Positions 8,874-18,538 of a DNA stretch of 64,000 nt are shown here, in pieces. The notes beneath the pieces are model-generated. The model searched no databases. It saw only the letters and a program-made list of their open reading frames with translations, and was not told where the DNA came from. This stretch comes from a virus. The stretch covers positions 32,001-96,000 of the IMG/VR virus record IMGVR_UViG_3300042691_015370; one strand, written 5' to 3'. Made by a program: the position numbers and the translations under genes. The first letter of the stretch is position 1; the number at the start of each line of letters is the position of its first letter.

Positions 8874-9131
8874 ATGAGTGTAGAAGATTACCTCAACAGA
8901 ACTACATATATAGAAGTTTCTAGATCACTCCTACTGTCTCTTGTAGACACAGAAGACTGCTGGTTCGATCACCATGGTGGTTGTCAGGCTCATATGTACT
9001 TGGACTTACGGCCCGGCGAACTATGCCCACAACAGGAGCTTAAGAACATTCTAGAAGCAGAAGACGCTAGATACTATCAGGAACATAAGGACGATCCAGA
9101 AGAATGGGGTGATCCGGTTGCCGCTCAATGA
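8874..9131 (+). CDS. hypothetical actinophage protein (DCWFDHHGGCQAH motif)
   Basis: Cys/His motif seen in small actinobacterial phage proteins. Confidence 0.7.
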   Translation: MSVEDYLNRTTYIEVSRSLLLSLVDTEDCWFDHHGGCQAHMYLDLRPGELCPQQELKNILEAEDARYYQEHKDDPEEWGDPVAAQ

Positions 9132-9318
9132 TGAAGATTGGAAATGGATCTGGGAACTCAATGACTATGCCGAGCTAGAGCAAGGACTGGACCCTATTGG
9201 TTCCAGCGACATCCTGCGTGACCTCACGCAATGGGCAATGACACTCAAGGAACACCCACCAGTCGAGATGGCATTCAATATTTTTTGGTCTACACACAAA
9301 GCGGACTATGGGCTATGA
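9109..9318 (+). CDS. hypothetical protein
   Basis: Gene chain, ATGA overlap downstream. Confidence 0.6.
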   Translation: MIRLPLNDEDWKWIWELNDYAELEQGLDPIGSSDILRDLTQWAMTLKEHPPVEMAFNIFWSTHKADYGL

Positions 9319-9662
9319 ACATTGAATTAGCTGAACCATTCTACAATCCTCGCCTCAGTCCACCATATACCTGTTTGGTCGGTGACTACATAATACTCTC
9401 AGGCAAGATCACCTCAGATGTAATACATAATTTGTATGAATTTCTGGCAAGCTCGCCCTTTATGCTCAGGGTAACCAAAACATTTTCGATAGCTGACCCA
9501 GCTAAAATAGAGTGGGAAAGCGAATTAGGTTACAAGTACAGTATAGAGATTGGCAATGCTGGCAAGCCTCTTGCGATACATAAGAAGGGTGACCTTACTA
9601 TAGGTGACACCGTAGCAAATCTATACTACTATCTAAGTGGGTTACGTGAACCAAGAAACTAA
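9315..9662 (+). CDS. hypothetical, 'AEPFxxPR' paralog family member 2
   Basis: Likely start MNIELAEPFYNPR at ATGA overlap. Confidence 0.7.
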   Translation: MNIELAEPFYNPRLSPPYTCLVGDYIILSGKITSDVIHNLYEFLASSPFMLRVTKTFSIADPAKIEWESELGYKYSIEIGNAGKPLAIHKKGDLTIGDTVANLYYYLSGLREPRN

Positions 9663-9798
9663 AATGTGGTACGATCTAGCCGGATGGGTTGGAGTACTCG
9701 ACTCATGGCAGCATCGTTATGAGCATTTTCCCATTCCACAAAGGTTGCGGCGATACATCTGCGATCTGTGTGACGATAGAGTCAGAGGTGACAAGTGA
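9646..9798 (+). CDS. hypothetical ~50-aa protein (not in ORF track)
   Basis: Manual translation ...MWYDLAGWVGVLDSWQHRYEHFPIPQRLRRYICDLCDDRVRGDK; GTGA overlap with next gene. Confidence 0.55.
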   Translation: MNQETKMWYDLAGWVGVLDSWQHRYEHFPIPQRLRRYICDLCDDRVRGDK

Positions 9799-10367
9799 GC
9801 GAACGAACTCCAGAACTAGACGAGTTTCTGTCCCGATACGAGGCGGATCACAACGAGTGGTGGCGGATAGAGTGTGGTCACCACATGAACCTGTTTGACA
9901 TGGCAGTCGAACGTATGAAGGCAGCAGAGGACGCCACCGCCCGCTTCGGTATCCCGCTCTACGCCATGCTCGACTTGTGGATGGCACTCGGCGGCGATCC
10001 CACCGAGTTTGACCGGTGGTCGGAAGAACCTGAGATGTATCCCGTCGAGATGTGGTCGTTCCTGCTGGCCGCAGTGCGAGGCGACGATCTGACAGTGAAC
10101 CACAACCCGCCACCGGGACGCCTGCTGGACGTGGTGAACGCTAGGGCGGGGTCGGTGGACCCCGAGGGGGAGTGGCCTCCCGGTCACAGCTTCATTCCCG
10201 GTGCTGCACCCGCTGGCCTGCCCGCTCGGCCGTCGGTGTGCCCGACGTGCGGGAGCGACGACCCCCGCCATCGAAACATCATCAGGAACGAAGGCCGGTC
10301 GAGGCTTCGGTGGCACTCGATGACCTGCCCGAGCGACTAGCACTCCCCCGACAGCATGGAGGCGTGA
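9795..10367 (+). pseudogene. hypothetical with C-terminal CPTCGS...CPSD(W)H Zn motif, interrupted by TAG at 10338-10340
   Basis: Reading through the TAG gives CPSD*HSPDSMEA, ending at a TGATG overlap with the next start. Confidence 0.5.
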
Positions 10368-10699
10368 TGAATCTCATTACTGAACTCAATGAGCTATTAG
10401 AAGACTGGTCACACCTATCAGATGACCGTGGTTACGCTTGCCGCTATATCGAAGCTGCAATCAATGAACTAACCGCTTCGTACCAAAAGATACGGGAATT
10501 GGACGAGCGTTTGGATGCCACACCCTCACAAAATACAATCAACTATTACGTTAACGCTTTAAGCCGTGCTTACGATGAGCGTGACGCCCTCAAACAAGCA
10601 ATCTTTGAGCACAAGTTCAAGGTAGAGAACTACATAACCTCTAAAAATGAGATCGTATCTCTTATTGATGAGGACCTATGGGCGAATATAGAGAAGTAG
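10367..10699 (+). CDS. hypothetical coiled-coil protein
   Basis: Start MNLITEL with GGAGG RBS. Confidence 0.7.
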   Translation: MNLITELNELLEDWSHLSDDRGYACRYIEAAINELTASYQKIRELDERLDATPSQNTINYYVNALSRAYDERDALKQAIFEHKFKVENYITSKNEIVSLIDEDLWANIEK

Positions 10700-11370
10700 A
10701 AAAGTGCATCTCTCGTAAACCCGGTGAACCTTACGTTCAGTGTGATTGCTATGCCCATGATTTTGTAGCCGAGCTACTGAATGTAGACTCAACAAGAGCC
10801 AATGGATACAAGTCTACCAAGAGCAGGGGTCTTAGTGTTGTTGACGCTAACGGCAAGGCTATCACTGATCCTAGGAAGCGACAGGCAGCTATAGAGCAAG
10901 CCTTTGCCCATCCACCTAGGCCACGCAAACCCAAGGAACCTATTGCTGGGCAACCAACCATTGATCTCACAGAGGCTCGGCTACGCCCTGAACTGCCACA
11001 ACCCGAGGACAGCGACTGGGACCTTTTACCTGTCGCTCGTAAACCAAACCTTGATCTAGAGGTAGCTGAATACTACGAGCGTGCTGGCTACGGCGTAGAA
11101 AAGATTTACGAACTCGGTAAGGCTGAGCCAGTAGATGTAATATACGAATTGCCACCTTATCTTGTGGCTGCCGGTGGAGAGTTCAGTATTCATGGACAAG
11201 CAAATGAAGCAACCCAGTTATTGTATAAGCGCAATGGACGTGCTGTCAGAAGACTACTCCCGACCGATCCAGATCGCTTTGAGCAAGTGGCTAGAGATAT
11301 GATAAAGGAAATGGATCTAGCCGAGCAATTGGTTGAAACAATGATCCCACTGCAAAACGAATGGAGATAA
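10678..11370 (+). CDS. hypothetical protein
   Basis: 230-aa ORF. Confidence 0.7.
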   Translation: MGEYREVEKCISRKPGEPYVQCDCYAHDFVAELLNVDSTRANGYKSTKSRGLSVVDANGKAITDPRKRQAAIEQAFAHPPRPRKPKEPIAGQPTIDLTEARLRPELPQPEDSDWDLLPVARKPNLDLEVAEYYERAGYGVEKIYELGKAEPVDVIYELPPYLVAAGGEFSIHGQANEATQLLYKRNGRAVRRLLPTDPDRFEQVARDMIKEMDLAEQLVETMIPLQNEWR

Positions 11371-11377
11371 GGTCGCT

Positions 11378-11551
11378 ATGATTGTTTGTGTTCGCCACAA
11401 GATTCTCGGTATGCTACCGTGGCACACCCGCTGGCACGTTCATCTTGAAAAGGAAACGATGGCAGTTGGCACTGATGACTACAAAATTATCTTTGAGCTT
11501 CAGGAGTGGGCCAAAGATAAGCTGTTCTGGGAAGTGGAGATCTTCGAATGA
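11378..11551 (+). CDS. hypothetical 57-aa protein (not in ORF track)
   Basis: Manual translation MIVCVRHKILG...EVEIFE; ATGA overlap with 11548 gene. Confidence 0.6.
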   Translation: MIVCVRHKILGMLPWHTRWHVHLEKETMAVGTDDYKIIFELQEWAKDKLFWEVEIFE

Positions 11552-11946
11552 GAGTTGATGTAATTTCAGTTGCCACGCCGCAAGGTTTGTTCCGGGCGAT
11601 CTGCCCTACGTTCTCTGGTCAGAACTGTATGGATATGGTCAACGCTCTGGTTGAGTGCATCGGTAGAGTAAACCTGCAAGACACGGAGTGGCGTGGAGCT
11701 ATCTACGTAATGCCAGACTACCTGCGACCGAGAAAGCGATACGAGTATCCTCTCAGTGGAGTGTTCCTTTACCCATGGGTAACACGGAACCAGAAGTCAG
11801 CACTCAATCCTCATGCTATGCTAGAAAAGCATGATCAAGAGTCAGTCTGGAACGATCCCAGAAAGCGCTACACAATCCCAAGTCATCGTACATTTATCAT
11901 GCGGCCAAGAGGATGGATTCATGGTTCAGATAGCTCAACCATTTGA
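11548..11946 (+). CDS. hypothetical protein
   Basis: Gene chain. Confidence 0.65.
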   Translation: MRVDVISVATPQGLFRAICPTFSGQNCMDMVNALVECIGRVNLQDTEWRGAIYVMPDYLRPRKRYEYPLSGVFLYPWVTRNQKSALNPHAMLEKHDQESVWNDPRKRYTIPSHRTFIMRPRGWIHGSDSSTI

Positions 11947-12244
11947 GAAGCCACGAAGAGGTTGGGTTGCTCTCAATAACTGCTGGGAACTGCGTGACAT
12001 GGATGGACCAATGTCACGTAAGGATGTGGAAGAGTTGCGCCGACTTCTACATAACCTTGGTTTTTTGGTTGAGTGGACCGACGATCATCGTGGCCTTACT
12101 CTTCACTGGGTTACTAAAGATAAGCATCTCTTAAATCTCGGACAAAGATCAAGCTTTTATCGGGGAGAAACCCTCCGACTGTCCGATAATGGTACTGTTG
12201 AGATAGTAGTGGCACGTATTGATCTGCCACAAAGACAGTTTTAG
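11921..12244 (+). CDS. hypothetical, 'AEPFxxPR' paralog family member 3
   Basis: Likely start MVQIAQPFEKPR; last + strand gene before strand convergence. Confidence 0.7.
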   Translation: MVQIAQPFEKPRRGWVALNNCWELRDMDGPMSRKDVEELRRLLHNLGFLVEWTDDHRGLTLHWVTKDKHLLNLGQRSSFYRGETLRLSDNGTVEIVVARIDLPQRQF

Positions 12245-12567
12245 CCATACTTCCTCTGAAGTCGCTCAAGCTCCTTGAGTTCAGCCTCACGCTTGGCTTC
12301 ACGACGTTGCTTAGCTTCGGCACGCTTCTTGGCTCTAGCCTTCTTGGCCTTTTCTTTCTCGGCCTCTGTCATAGGGCGGTCACCAAAGATTGGGTAGATG
12401 TAGGTGTGGTCCTGAATCCAATCCTGTTCAATACGCAGATTCAACCAGCCTCCCTCAATCAACTCGTCACTGAGGTTCTCAATGTTGGCAAGCGTTTCTT
12501 CAATCGTCTCACCGATAAGTTCGGCAAGATCTTCATGCGCTTTGTCTGCAATGTATTCGTTAGGCAC
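12241..12567 (-). CDS. hypothetical protein with basic coiled-coil C-terminus
   Basis: RPMTEAE...ELERLQRKYG. Confidence 0.75.
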   Translation of the reverse strand: MPNEYIADKAHEDLAELIGETIEETLANIENLSDELIEGGWLNLRIEQDWIQDHTYIYPIFGDRPMTEAEKEKAKKARAKKRAEAKQRREAKREAELKELERLQRKYG

Positions 12568-13522
12568 GGATAGCCTCCATCAGAGAGTTGAACAGGGTAT
12601 CATCAGCACGGAGACAGTCAAGTGCAGCAGGCTTACCCTGCACCTTTTCACCAGTCGTCTTGAACGTGTACCATGCACCACCACGTTCCACTAGACCAGC
12701 ATCAACAGCAAGGTCCAGTAGTGTTGACTCATTGCTGACACCCGTTTCGTACAGGATGTCGAACGTTGCTGTTTTATATGGTGCGCCAGAGCGATGCTTG
12801 ACTGACTTGACCTTAACGGTCTGGCCGATAATGTCCTCACCCTGCTTCACAGCGCCGATGCGAGCAACCTCTAGACGAGTGGAGCACCAGAACTTCAGGG
12901 CGTTACCGCCAGTTGACTCGCTCTGTGGACCGTAGCCCATAGAGCCGATCTTCTCTCGGATCTGGTTCACCCAAATGATAATAACGTCAGACTGCTGACG
13001 ACGGATCATCTCGGTTCCAAGCTTTCTGGTGGCCTGTGACAGCAGACGTGCCACGAGTCCGACGTGAGAGTCACCGAAGTCTCCTTCGATCTCTGCTCTT
13101 GGCGTGAGGCCAGCCACAGAGTCAACCACAATGGCGACAAGATCGTCAGCGACACTGACCTCTTCCATGAGTTCAAAGGTTCGTTCCGCTGTGTCGGGCT
13201 GGGCAAACCACAGTTCATTTAGATTCACGCCAGAGGTTTCGGCAACATGAGGGTCAAGGGCACCCTCAAGGTCAATCAGTAGACATTTACCACGCTTCTG
13301 CGCTTCACCTAGGAACTGCATGGAGATAGATGTCTTGCCGCCACCGGGTCTACCATACAACTCAACCCACTGACCTACCGCAAAGCCACCACTGAGAATA
13401 TCATCAAGTGCTAGTACCCCTGATGGAATCCTCTCAACATCCATCACCTGATCTTCAAGGGTCATCAGTGCGCCTGCATGCACCTTGTTGATCTTCTTCT
13501 GGATTTCATTCATTGTTGGCAT
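12560..13522 (-). CDS. recA: RecA-like recombinase
   Basis: GRPGGGKT Walker A, IVVDSVAGLTPRAEIEG, NQIREKIG, TGGNALKF. Confidence 0.97.
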   Translation of the reverse strand: MPTMNEIQKKINKVHAGALMTLEDQVMDVERIPSGVLALDDILSGGFAVGQWVELYGRPGGGKTSISMQFLGEAQKRGKCLLIDLEGALDPHVAETSGVNLNELWFAQPDTAERTFELMEEVSVADDLVAIVVDSVAGLTPRAEIEGDFGDSHVGLVARLLSQATRKLGTEMIRRQQSDVIIIWVNQIREKIGSMGYGPQSESTGGNALKFWCSTRLEVARIGAVKQGEDIIGQTVKVKSVKHRSGAPYKTATFDILYETGVSNESTLLDLAVDAGLVERGGAWYTFKTTGEKVQGKPAALDCLRADDTLFNSLMEAIRA

Positions 13523-13766
13523 TGCGTGATCTTTCTTCTAGAGTGAGGAATGGAAGGTCTGGTCGCATTCTCTTGGTGGCATCTTCAATCATACCACCAG
13601 TATAGTTTGTGGCAACATACTTGAACTCAGCGTGACAACCTTCAGAGCCAGAGTCAATGCTGTACTCTATGATGGTGTCGTGGTGGGTTTCTCGGGGGTC
13701 CGCTCCCCGGCCACAAGAGCCACAGGTAGAGCGGGTGGGGTCGATGAACAAAACTGCTTCATGCAT
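13506..13766 (-). CDS. hypothetical Zn-ribbon protein
   Basis: CGSCG...GC; likely leaderless start MHEAV. Confidence 0.65.
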   Translation of the reverse strand: MHEAVLFIDPTRSTCGSCGRGADPRETHHDTIIEYSIDSGSEGCHAEFKYVATNYTGGMIEDATKRMRPDLPFLTLEERSRNANNE

Positions 13767-13772
13767 GCCCCA

Positions 13773-13783
13773 ATTATACCACA
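13773..13783 (-). promoter_or_regulatory. extended -10 promoter TGTGGTATAAT upstream of the recA gene group
   Basis: Consensus TGnTATAAT with ATG about 7 nt downstream (leaderless geometry). Confidence 0.55.
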
Positions 13784-13977
13784 TCGTCTGGATGATCTTC
13801 GATCAGAAAGTGGTGTGGCGGGATCAAACCGTGGTTTCTGAGCGCTTCCCACGAGCATTCGCTTCGCTGTTGCCAGACTGCACAGGGCCAAGAGTGGAAA
13901 GGAGTGCTGCGCCAAAGATGGTACAACACGTTGTTGTGGAGATAGTCTCTAAGTTCTTCAACGGGGACTTCTTCCAT
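13774..13977 (-). CDS. hypothetical protein
   Basis: Starts 3 nt after dnaE stop. Confidence 0.55.
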   Translation of the reverse strand: MEEVPVEELRDYLHNNVLYHLWRSTPFHSWPCAVWQQRSECSWEALRNHGLIPPHHFLIEDHPDDVV

Positions 13978-13980
13978 GCA

Positions 13981-16900
13981 CTATTTACGACCAGCAAACT
14001 CCTTAAATAGATTTCTGACATCTTCAACCAACTCATCCGATGGATCTACAGCAATACCATCTGGCAACTGTAGTTTTGTGGACTTACTGACATACAATAG
14101 TACCCCAGTATTCCCATAATGGCTGAGTAGAACGCCCTTGAGTTTAGAGATTGCGCCGTCATCTTGAGCGAAACCCTGCGGCAGATAGAAACTGATGTAA
14201 TGTTCTAACATATCTTCTTCAGCGTTCTCGTTGATTTGTGCGAAGTGCGTGACAATATAGTTACGTTCACCATCATAACTCGTACCTACCTTGAGTGTGA
14301 CGATACCAAGCTCACCTTCCACCAAGTGAGATTTCTTGTATGCTTGCGGGAAACAGACGGTATCCAAATATCCTGTCTGATCACTCACTGTCAGGTTCGC
14401 CATCTTGGCACCCTGTTTAGTGTAACGTGTTTTTAGATCAGTGATATGTACCAGCACCTTACCCTGTTCACCGATGGGCATTTCCTCAAGGTCGTTCACC
14501 GTTACTCCGGTAGCCTGAGCGGTGTACTCATCTAGAGGGTGGCCGGTCACATAGATTCCGATAGCTTGCCGCTCGTTCTCCAACAAGATACGTGGCGGAA
14601 ACTCTTGCTTGGGGATCTTCACGTCCCACATTTCGTTACTGTCAAAGAGGGACTCCTGTCCCTTCTTGACCTTTTTTGCTACCTTGCGGTTCTGGTTGAT
14701 CACATCACCAGCTACAGAGTGTACGCCTAGACGTGTACCAAACTTCTCAAACGCACCAGCCAACGCCAGTGTCTCAACCTGAGGAACCTTGGGACGGATT
14801 CTCTGAATGAAGTCGATGAGGCTGGAGTAGGGACCATTCTCTTTACGTTCATTGACAATCTTCTCGGCAAACTCAACACCAATACTCTTGACCGCCGCAA
14901 GACCTGTACGAATCCCCTCGTCAGTAGCGGTGAAATAGGCGTTTGATGAGTTGATGTCAGGTGACAACACCTGAATTCCCATGGTCCGGGCCTCGTTCAT
15001 GAACACCGCAGCCTTCTCAATCTTGTCCACCACGGACGAGCAAAGAGCAGCCATGTATTCCTTCGGGTAGTTAGCCTTCAGGAACGCTGTTTGATACGAG
15101 ATGTATGCATATCCGTATGCATGTGACTTATTGAAGGAGTACGCCGCAAAGGCTTCAATCATATCGAAGAGTTGCTTGGCAAGTTCGGCCGTGTATCCGT
15201 TGTCGATACAGCCCTGTGTGAACTTGTCTCGCTCGGTCGCCATCTTGTCACGGAGTTTCTTGCCGATGATCTTACGGATACCATCAGCTTCTACCAGTGT
15301 GTAACCAGCAAAGCGGCGTGCGATCTCCATTACCTGCTCTTGGTAGATCATCAGCCCATAAGTAGAACTGAGTATCTCTTTGGCGTCATCATGGAAGAAG
15401 GTGACTGGCTCCCGACCGTTCTTCCTATCTGCATAATCCAAGTGCATGTCCGAGGCCATTGGACCGGGACGATACAGCGCAACTACAGCAGCGATGTCGT
15501 CTATTGAATTGGGTTGCAGTCTCTGCAACAGGCTACGCATAGGTGGAGACTCAAGCTGGAACACTCCAATCGTCTTGCCTTCTCTCAACAGGTTGAAGGT
15601 ATCGAAATCATCAAAGGCCGTGTTCTGGATGCCGGGGTCTTCCCCAAGGATTTCGATGGTGTCACTGATAACGTCTAGGTTGCGTAGACCTAGATAGTCC
15701 ATCTTCAGTAGACCAAGATCCTCAATAGTGTTCTTTTCGTACTGGGTGACGATAGGACCATCAGGTTTGCGCTGGATGGGAATGTAGTCAGTGAGATCAG
15801 TCGGTGTAATCACCACAGCAGCAGCATGTACGCTGTCCTGACGCACCAGATCTTCCAGACCTTTTGCCACGTCCACAATCTGCTTGACCTCAGGGTCAGC
15901 AGCATACATTTGACGTAGCTCTTCTGCGTTCTGGTAACCTGTCTCATAGCGTGGGTTGAGTTCGAAGCACGCATTCAGTGGGGTTGACTCACCCATCACA
16001 AGACCGGGCATGGCTTTAGCTACCTTGTCGCCCGCAGAGGGTGGTAGTCCTAGCACTCTACTCGCATCTCTCACCGCAGCACGGGCACGGATACGTGAGA
16101 ACGTGATGATCTGAGCTACACGATTGGTGCCATACTTATCAATCGTGTACTTGATGAGCATGTCTCGGTATCGTGTATCGAAATCAAGATCGATATCTGG
16201 CAGAGCAATACGTGATGGATTCAGGAACCGCTCAAAGAGCAGCCCGTGACGCATTGGATCAACCCGAGTGATGTCCATGCAGTAGGCGACCAGTGATCCA
16301 GCAGCAGAACCACGAGCAGGACCACGACGAATGTTGTTTCGGTCAGCGAACTTGACGAGATCCCACACGATCAGGAAGTAGGAGGCCAGACCGAGCGTGT
16401 CGATGACCGATAGCTCATAGGCGAGTCGATTTGCGCTTTCCTCTGAGACGCTCCCATATCGCTTCTGGAGGCCCCTTTGGGAAAGATGGGTCAGGTATGC
16501 GATGGGTGTCTCAAAGCCCTCTGGAGGGGCATAGAAGGGCAAATGGAGGGTATCGAAGTCGATGTTGACGTTCGCCCGCTCACCGATGAGCAGCGTATTG
16601 TCACAAGCCTCAGGAATCTCACTGAACAGATACCTCATTTCCTCTGCTGTCTTGAGGTAATGCTGATCAGACTGGAACTTGAACCGCTTCTCGTCACTGA
16701 TCTTGCTATGTGTTTGTACACATAAAAGAGCATCGTGCGCTACGTGGTCGTCGTGATGCACATAGTGGCAATCATTCGCAACGATGGTGGGTGCGTCAAG
16801 TGCCCGTGAAATCTCAATAAGCTGAGGGTTCGTCTTAGCCTGCTCAGGGATACCATGATCCTGAAGCTCAATGAAGAAGTTGTCCTTGCCCACAATCTCC

Positions 16901-17412
16901 TGAAGTCGAGCAGCAGACTTCAACGCATACTCGTAGTTGTCGTGCAGCAAATACTGCAACACAGGGCCACCCAGACAGCCAGAAGTGACAATCAAACCCT
17001 CAGAGTGACGAGCTAGATTGTCCCAATCGGCACGAGGCTTGTAGTAGAAGCCCTCTAGATACGATTCAGACGACAACTTCAACAGGTTGCGGTAGCCTGC
17101 ATCGTTTTCAGCCAGCACCGTCAAATGGTAGTAACGCTTGTCCGACCCGTCGATCTCTGCGGTGTCAGCACGAGCACCCTTTTCATTGATGTCGTCACAG
17201 AAGTAAGACTCAATACCCAGCACAGGGTTGATGTCATACTTCTTACAGGTGCGATAGAAATCAATCAAACCATACAGGTTACCATGATCAGTGATCGCAA
17301 GTGCTGGTTGACCGTCAGCCACCGCTGCCTTGACGAGTGGCTCAATCTTTGCAGCGCCATCCAACAGGCTGTAGCTCGTGTGGTTGTGGAGATGAACGAT
17401 ACTATCAGTCAT
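13981..17412 (-). CDS. dnaE: DNA polymerase III alpha subunit
   Basis: PHP HLHNHTSYSLLDG, RGSAAGSLVAY, PDIDLDF, FNKSH, OB fold; no intein. Confidence 0.98.
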   Translation of the reverse strand: MTDSIVHLHNHTSYSLLDGAAKIEPLVKAAVADGQPALAITDHGNLYGLIDFYRTCKKYDINPVLGIESYFCDDINEKGARADTAEIDGSDKRYYHLTVLAENDAGYRNLLKLSSESYLEGFYYKPRADWDNLARHSEGLIVTSGCLGGPVLQYLLHDNYEYALKSAARLQEIVGKDNFFIELQDHGIPEQAKTNPQLIEISRALDAPTIVANDCHYVHHDDHVAHDALLCVQTHSKISDEKRFKFQSDQHYLKTAEEMRYLFSEIPEACDNTLLIGERANVNIDFDTLHLPFYAPPEGFETPIAYLTHLSQRGLQKRYGSVSEESANRLAYELSVIDTLGLASYFLIVWDLVKFADRNNIRRGPARGSAAGSLVAYCMDITRVDPMRHGLLFERFLNPSRIALPDIDLDFDTRYRDMLIKYTIDKYGTNRVAQIITFSRIRARAAVRDASRVLGLPPSAGDKVAKAMPGLVMGESTPLNACFELNPRYETGYQNAEELRQMYAADPEVKQIVDVAKGLEDLVRQDSVHAAAVVITPTDLTDYIPIQRKPDGPIVTQYEKNTIEDLGLLKMDYLGLRNLDVISDTIEILGEDPGIQNTAFDDFDTFNLLREGKTIGVFQLESPPMRSLLQRLQPNSIDDIAAVVALYRPGPMASDMHLDYADRKNGREPVTFFHDDAKEILSSTYGLMIYQEQVMEIARRFAGYTLVEADGIRKIIGKKLRDKMATERDKFTQGCIDNGYTAELAKQLFDMIEAFAAYSFNKSHAYGYAYISYQTAFLKANYPKEYMAALCSSVVDKIEKAAVFMNEARTMGIQVLSPDINSSNAYFTATDEGIRTGLAAVKSIGVEFAEKIVNERKENGPYSSLIDFIQRIRPKVPQVETLALAGAFEKFGTRLGVHSVAGDVINQNRKVAKKVKKGQESLFDSNEMWDVKIPKQEFPPRILLENERQAIGIYVTGHPLDEYTAQATGVTVNDLEEMPIGEQGKVLVHITDLKTRYTKQGAKMANLTVSDQTGYLDTVCFPQAYKKSHLVEGELGIVTLKVGTSYDGERNYIVTHFAQINENAEEDMLEHYISFYLPQGFAQDDGAISKLKGVLLSHYGNTGVLLYVSKSTKLQLPDGIAVDPSDELVEDVRNLFKEFAGRK

Positions 17413-17543
17413 TTACAAAACCTACCCTTTGCGTCACGTTTAGGAACTTCCCCATTACCTCTACAGTAATAGCAGTCAGTTATACCCCAGCCTGAATCCT
17501 GTAGTCCTGAACCACGACACGATGAACAGGTTTCATAGCTCAT
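17409..17543 (-). CDS. 44-aa DnaJ-type zinc-finger microprotein (not in ORF track)
   Basis: MSYETCSSCRGSG...DCYYCRGNGEVPKRDAKGRFCK; ATGA overlaps at both ends. Confidence 0.7.
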   Translation of the reverse strand: MSYETCSSCRGSGLQDSGWGITDCYYCRGNGEVPKRDAKGRFCK

Positions 17544-17782
17544 GAACCAACCCCATGAGATGCGAGTGTAGTAGCAATACTAGTCTGTAGGTGGTCCATG
17601 ATGTCGGTCCACGCCTCATAGATAGCTGCATCAGCTACCTTGCGGTTGGTTTCTGGGTCGCCGGAGTACAGCGTAGCGGCTTGGTTCGCCCAATACTGTT
17701 GATTCTTCATGATAAAATCAACAACGTCCTCAACCAACTCCTTGACGAGCGGGCCATTTGTAGCAGTATGCAATTCAGTCAT
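17540..17782 (-). CDS. hypothetical protein
   Basis: Gene chain. Confidence 0.65.
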   Translation of the reverse strand: MTELHTATNGPLVKELVEDVVDFIMKNQQYWANQAATLYSGDPETNRKVADAAIYEAWTDIMDHLQTSIATTLASHGVGS

Positions 17783-17993
17783 CTAGCTTCATCCAATCAA
17801 AGTTTTCCCAGACCCTCTGAACATAATACTCGCTGAGATGCGAGAACTCTTCGGGCAAAGTTACACAGCATTGGCAATCATCAAGGCAATCTACAAGCTG
17901 TTCCCATGTCATGCCAAGCTTGTCCAACTCAGCTTGCCGAAGCCGACGCATCTCATCACGATCCAACTTCACTACCCTAATTTGTTCACTCAC
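17775..17993 (-). CDS. hypothetical protein
   Basis: Gene chain. Confidence 0.65.
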   Translation of the reverse strand: MSEQIRVVKLDRDEMRRLRQAELDKLGMTWEQLVDCLDDCQCCVTLPEEFSHLSEYYVQRVWENFDWMKLDD

Positions 17994-18178
17994 TGGTCGG
18001 CATCCAAGTCAACTCGTCGGTATCTTACGCCCTGAAATGAGGCCAGTGCAGATTCTCTCCACCCCTCAAGCTCGCTGGCGCATTCCTCTAGAGTCTCGAT
18101 AACGTTAGACCATCCATATTCATCAGAGTCTTTCAACTCAGCAATGGCTCTTTCGATTTTTTGTTCAAGATTCTTCAT
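17990..18178 (-). CDS. hypothetical protein
   Basis: Gene chain. Confidence 0.65.
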   Translation of the reverse strand: MKNLEQKIERAIAELKDSDEYGWSNVIETLEECASELEGWRESALASFQGVRYRRVDLDADQ

Positions 18179-18329
18179 TTGTTCTCACTGAGTCTATGGC
18201 GGAATTTGTCAAAGAGAAAATATTAACTACAGTATTAGTACCAACCTCATTCTCTAAACGCATCGCTAACCTCTCAATGGCTGCGGCCAAACATTCCACA
18301 GCGTGCTCCACATCTTGGTCATTCTTCAT
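18165..18329 (-). CDS. hypothetical 54-aa protein (not in ORF track)
   Basis: Manual translation MKNDQDVEHAVECLAAAIERL...; ATGA overlap. Confidence 0.55.
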   Translation of the reverse strand: MKNDQDVEHAVECLAAAIERLAMRLENEVGTNTVVNIFSLTNSAIDSVRTNEES

Positions 18330-18538
18330 CGGTACTCCATTGTTCTCATAAGAAGATCACGCTCCTGATTACGCTGGCAAATCTCTCTGTACTCATGATG
18401 CTCCCCGCCGAAGCCGCACGTACAAGGAGTATCATTAGTAATGTGCTCAGACAGAACCTCCATCACCCTGCTCAGCGTGGTGCTGATGTCGTTCACTCTC
18501 TCAACAAGTTCGTAGTAATCATCGTAATCAACCATCAC
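18326..18538 (-). CDS. hypothetical protein (PCTCGFGGEH motif)
   Basis: Gene chain. Confidence 0.65.
   Translation of the reverse strand: MMVDYDDYYELVERVNDISTTLSRVMEVLSEHITNDTPCTCGFGGEHHEYREICQRNQERDLLMRTMEYR

Noticed and set aside
9665-9675. Extended -10 promoter TGTGGTACGAT
   Set aside because: Lies within a plausible small coupled CDS (MWYDLAG...), so probably coincidental
10338-10340. Genome-wide TAG recoding or amber suppression
   Set aside because: Many genes end normally at TAG (e.g. VWA, dnaE), long genes have no internal TAG, and the only tRNA is Asn
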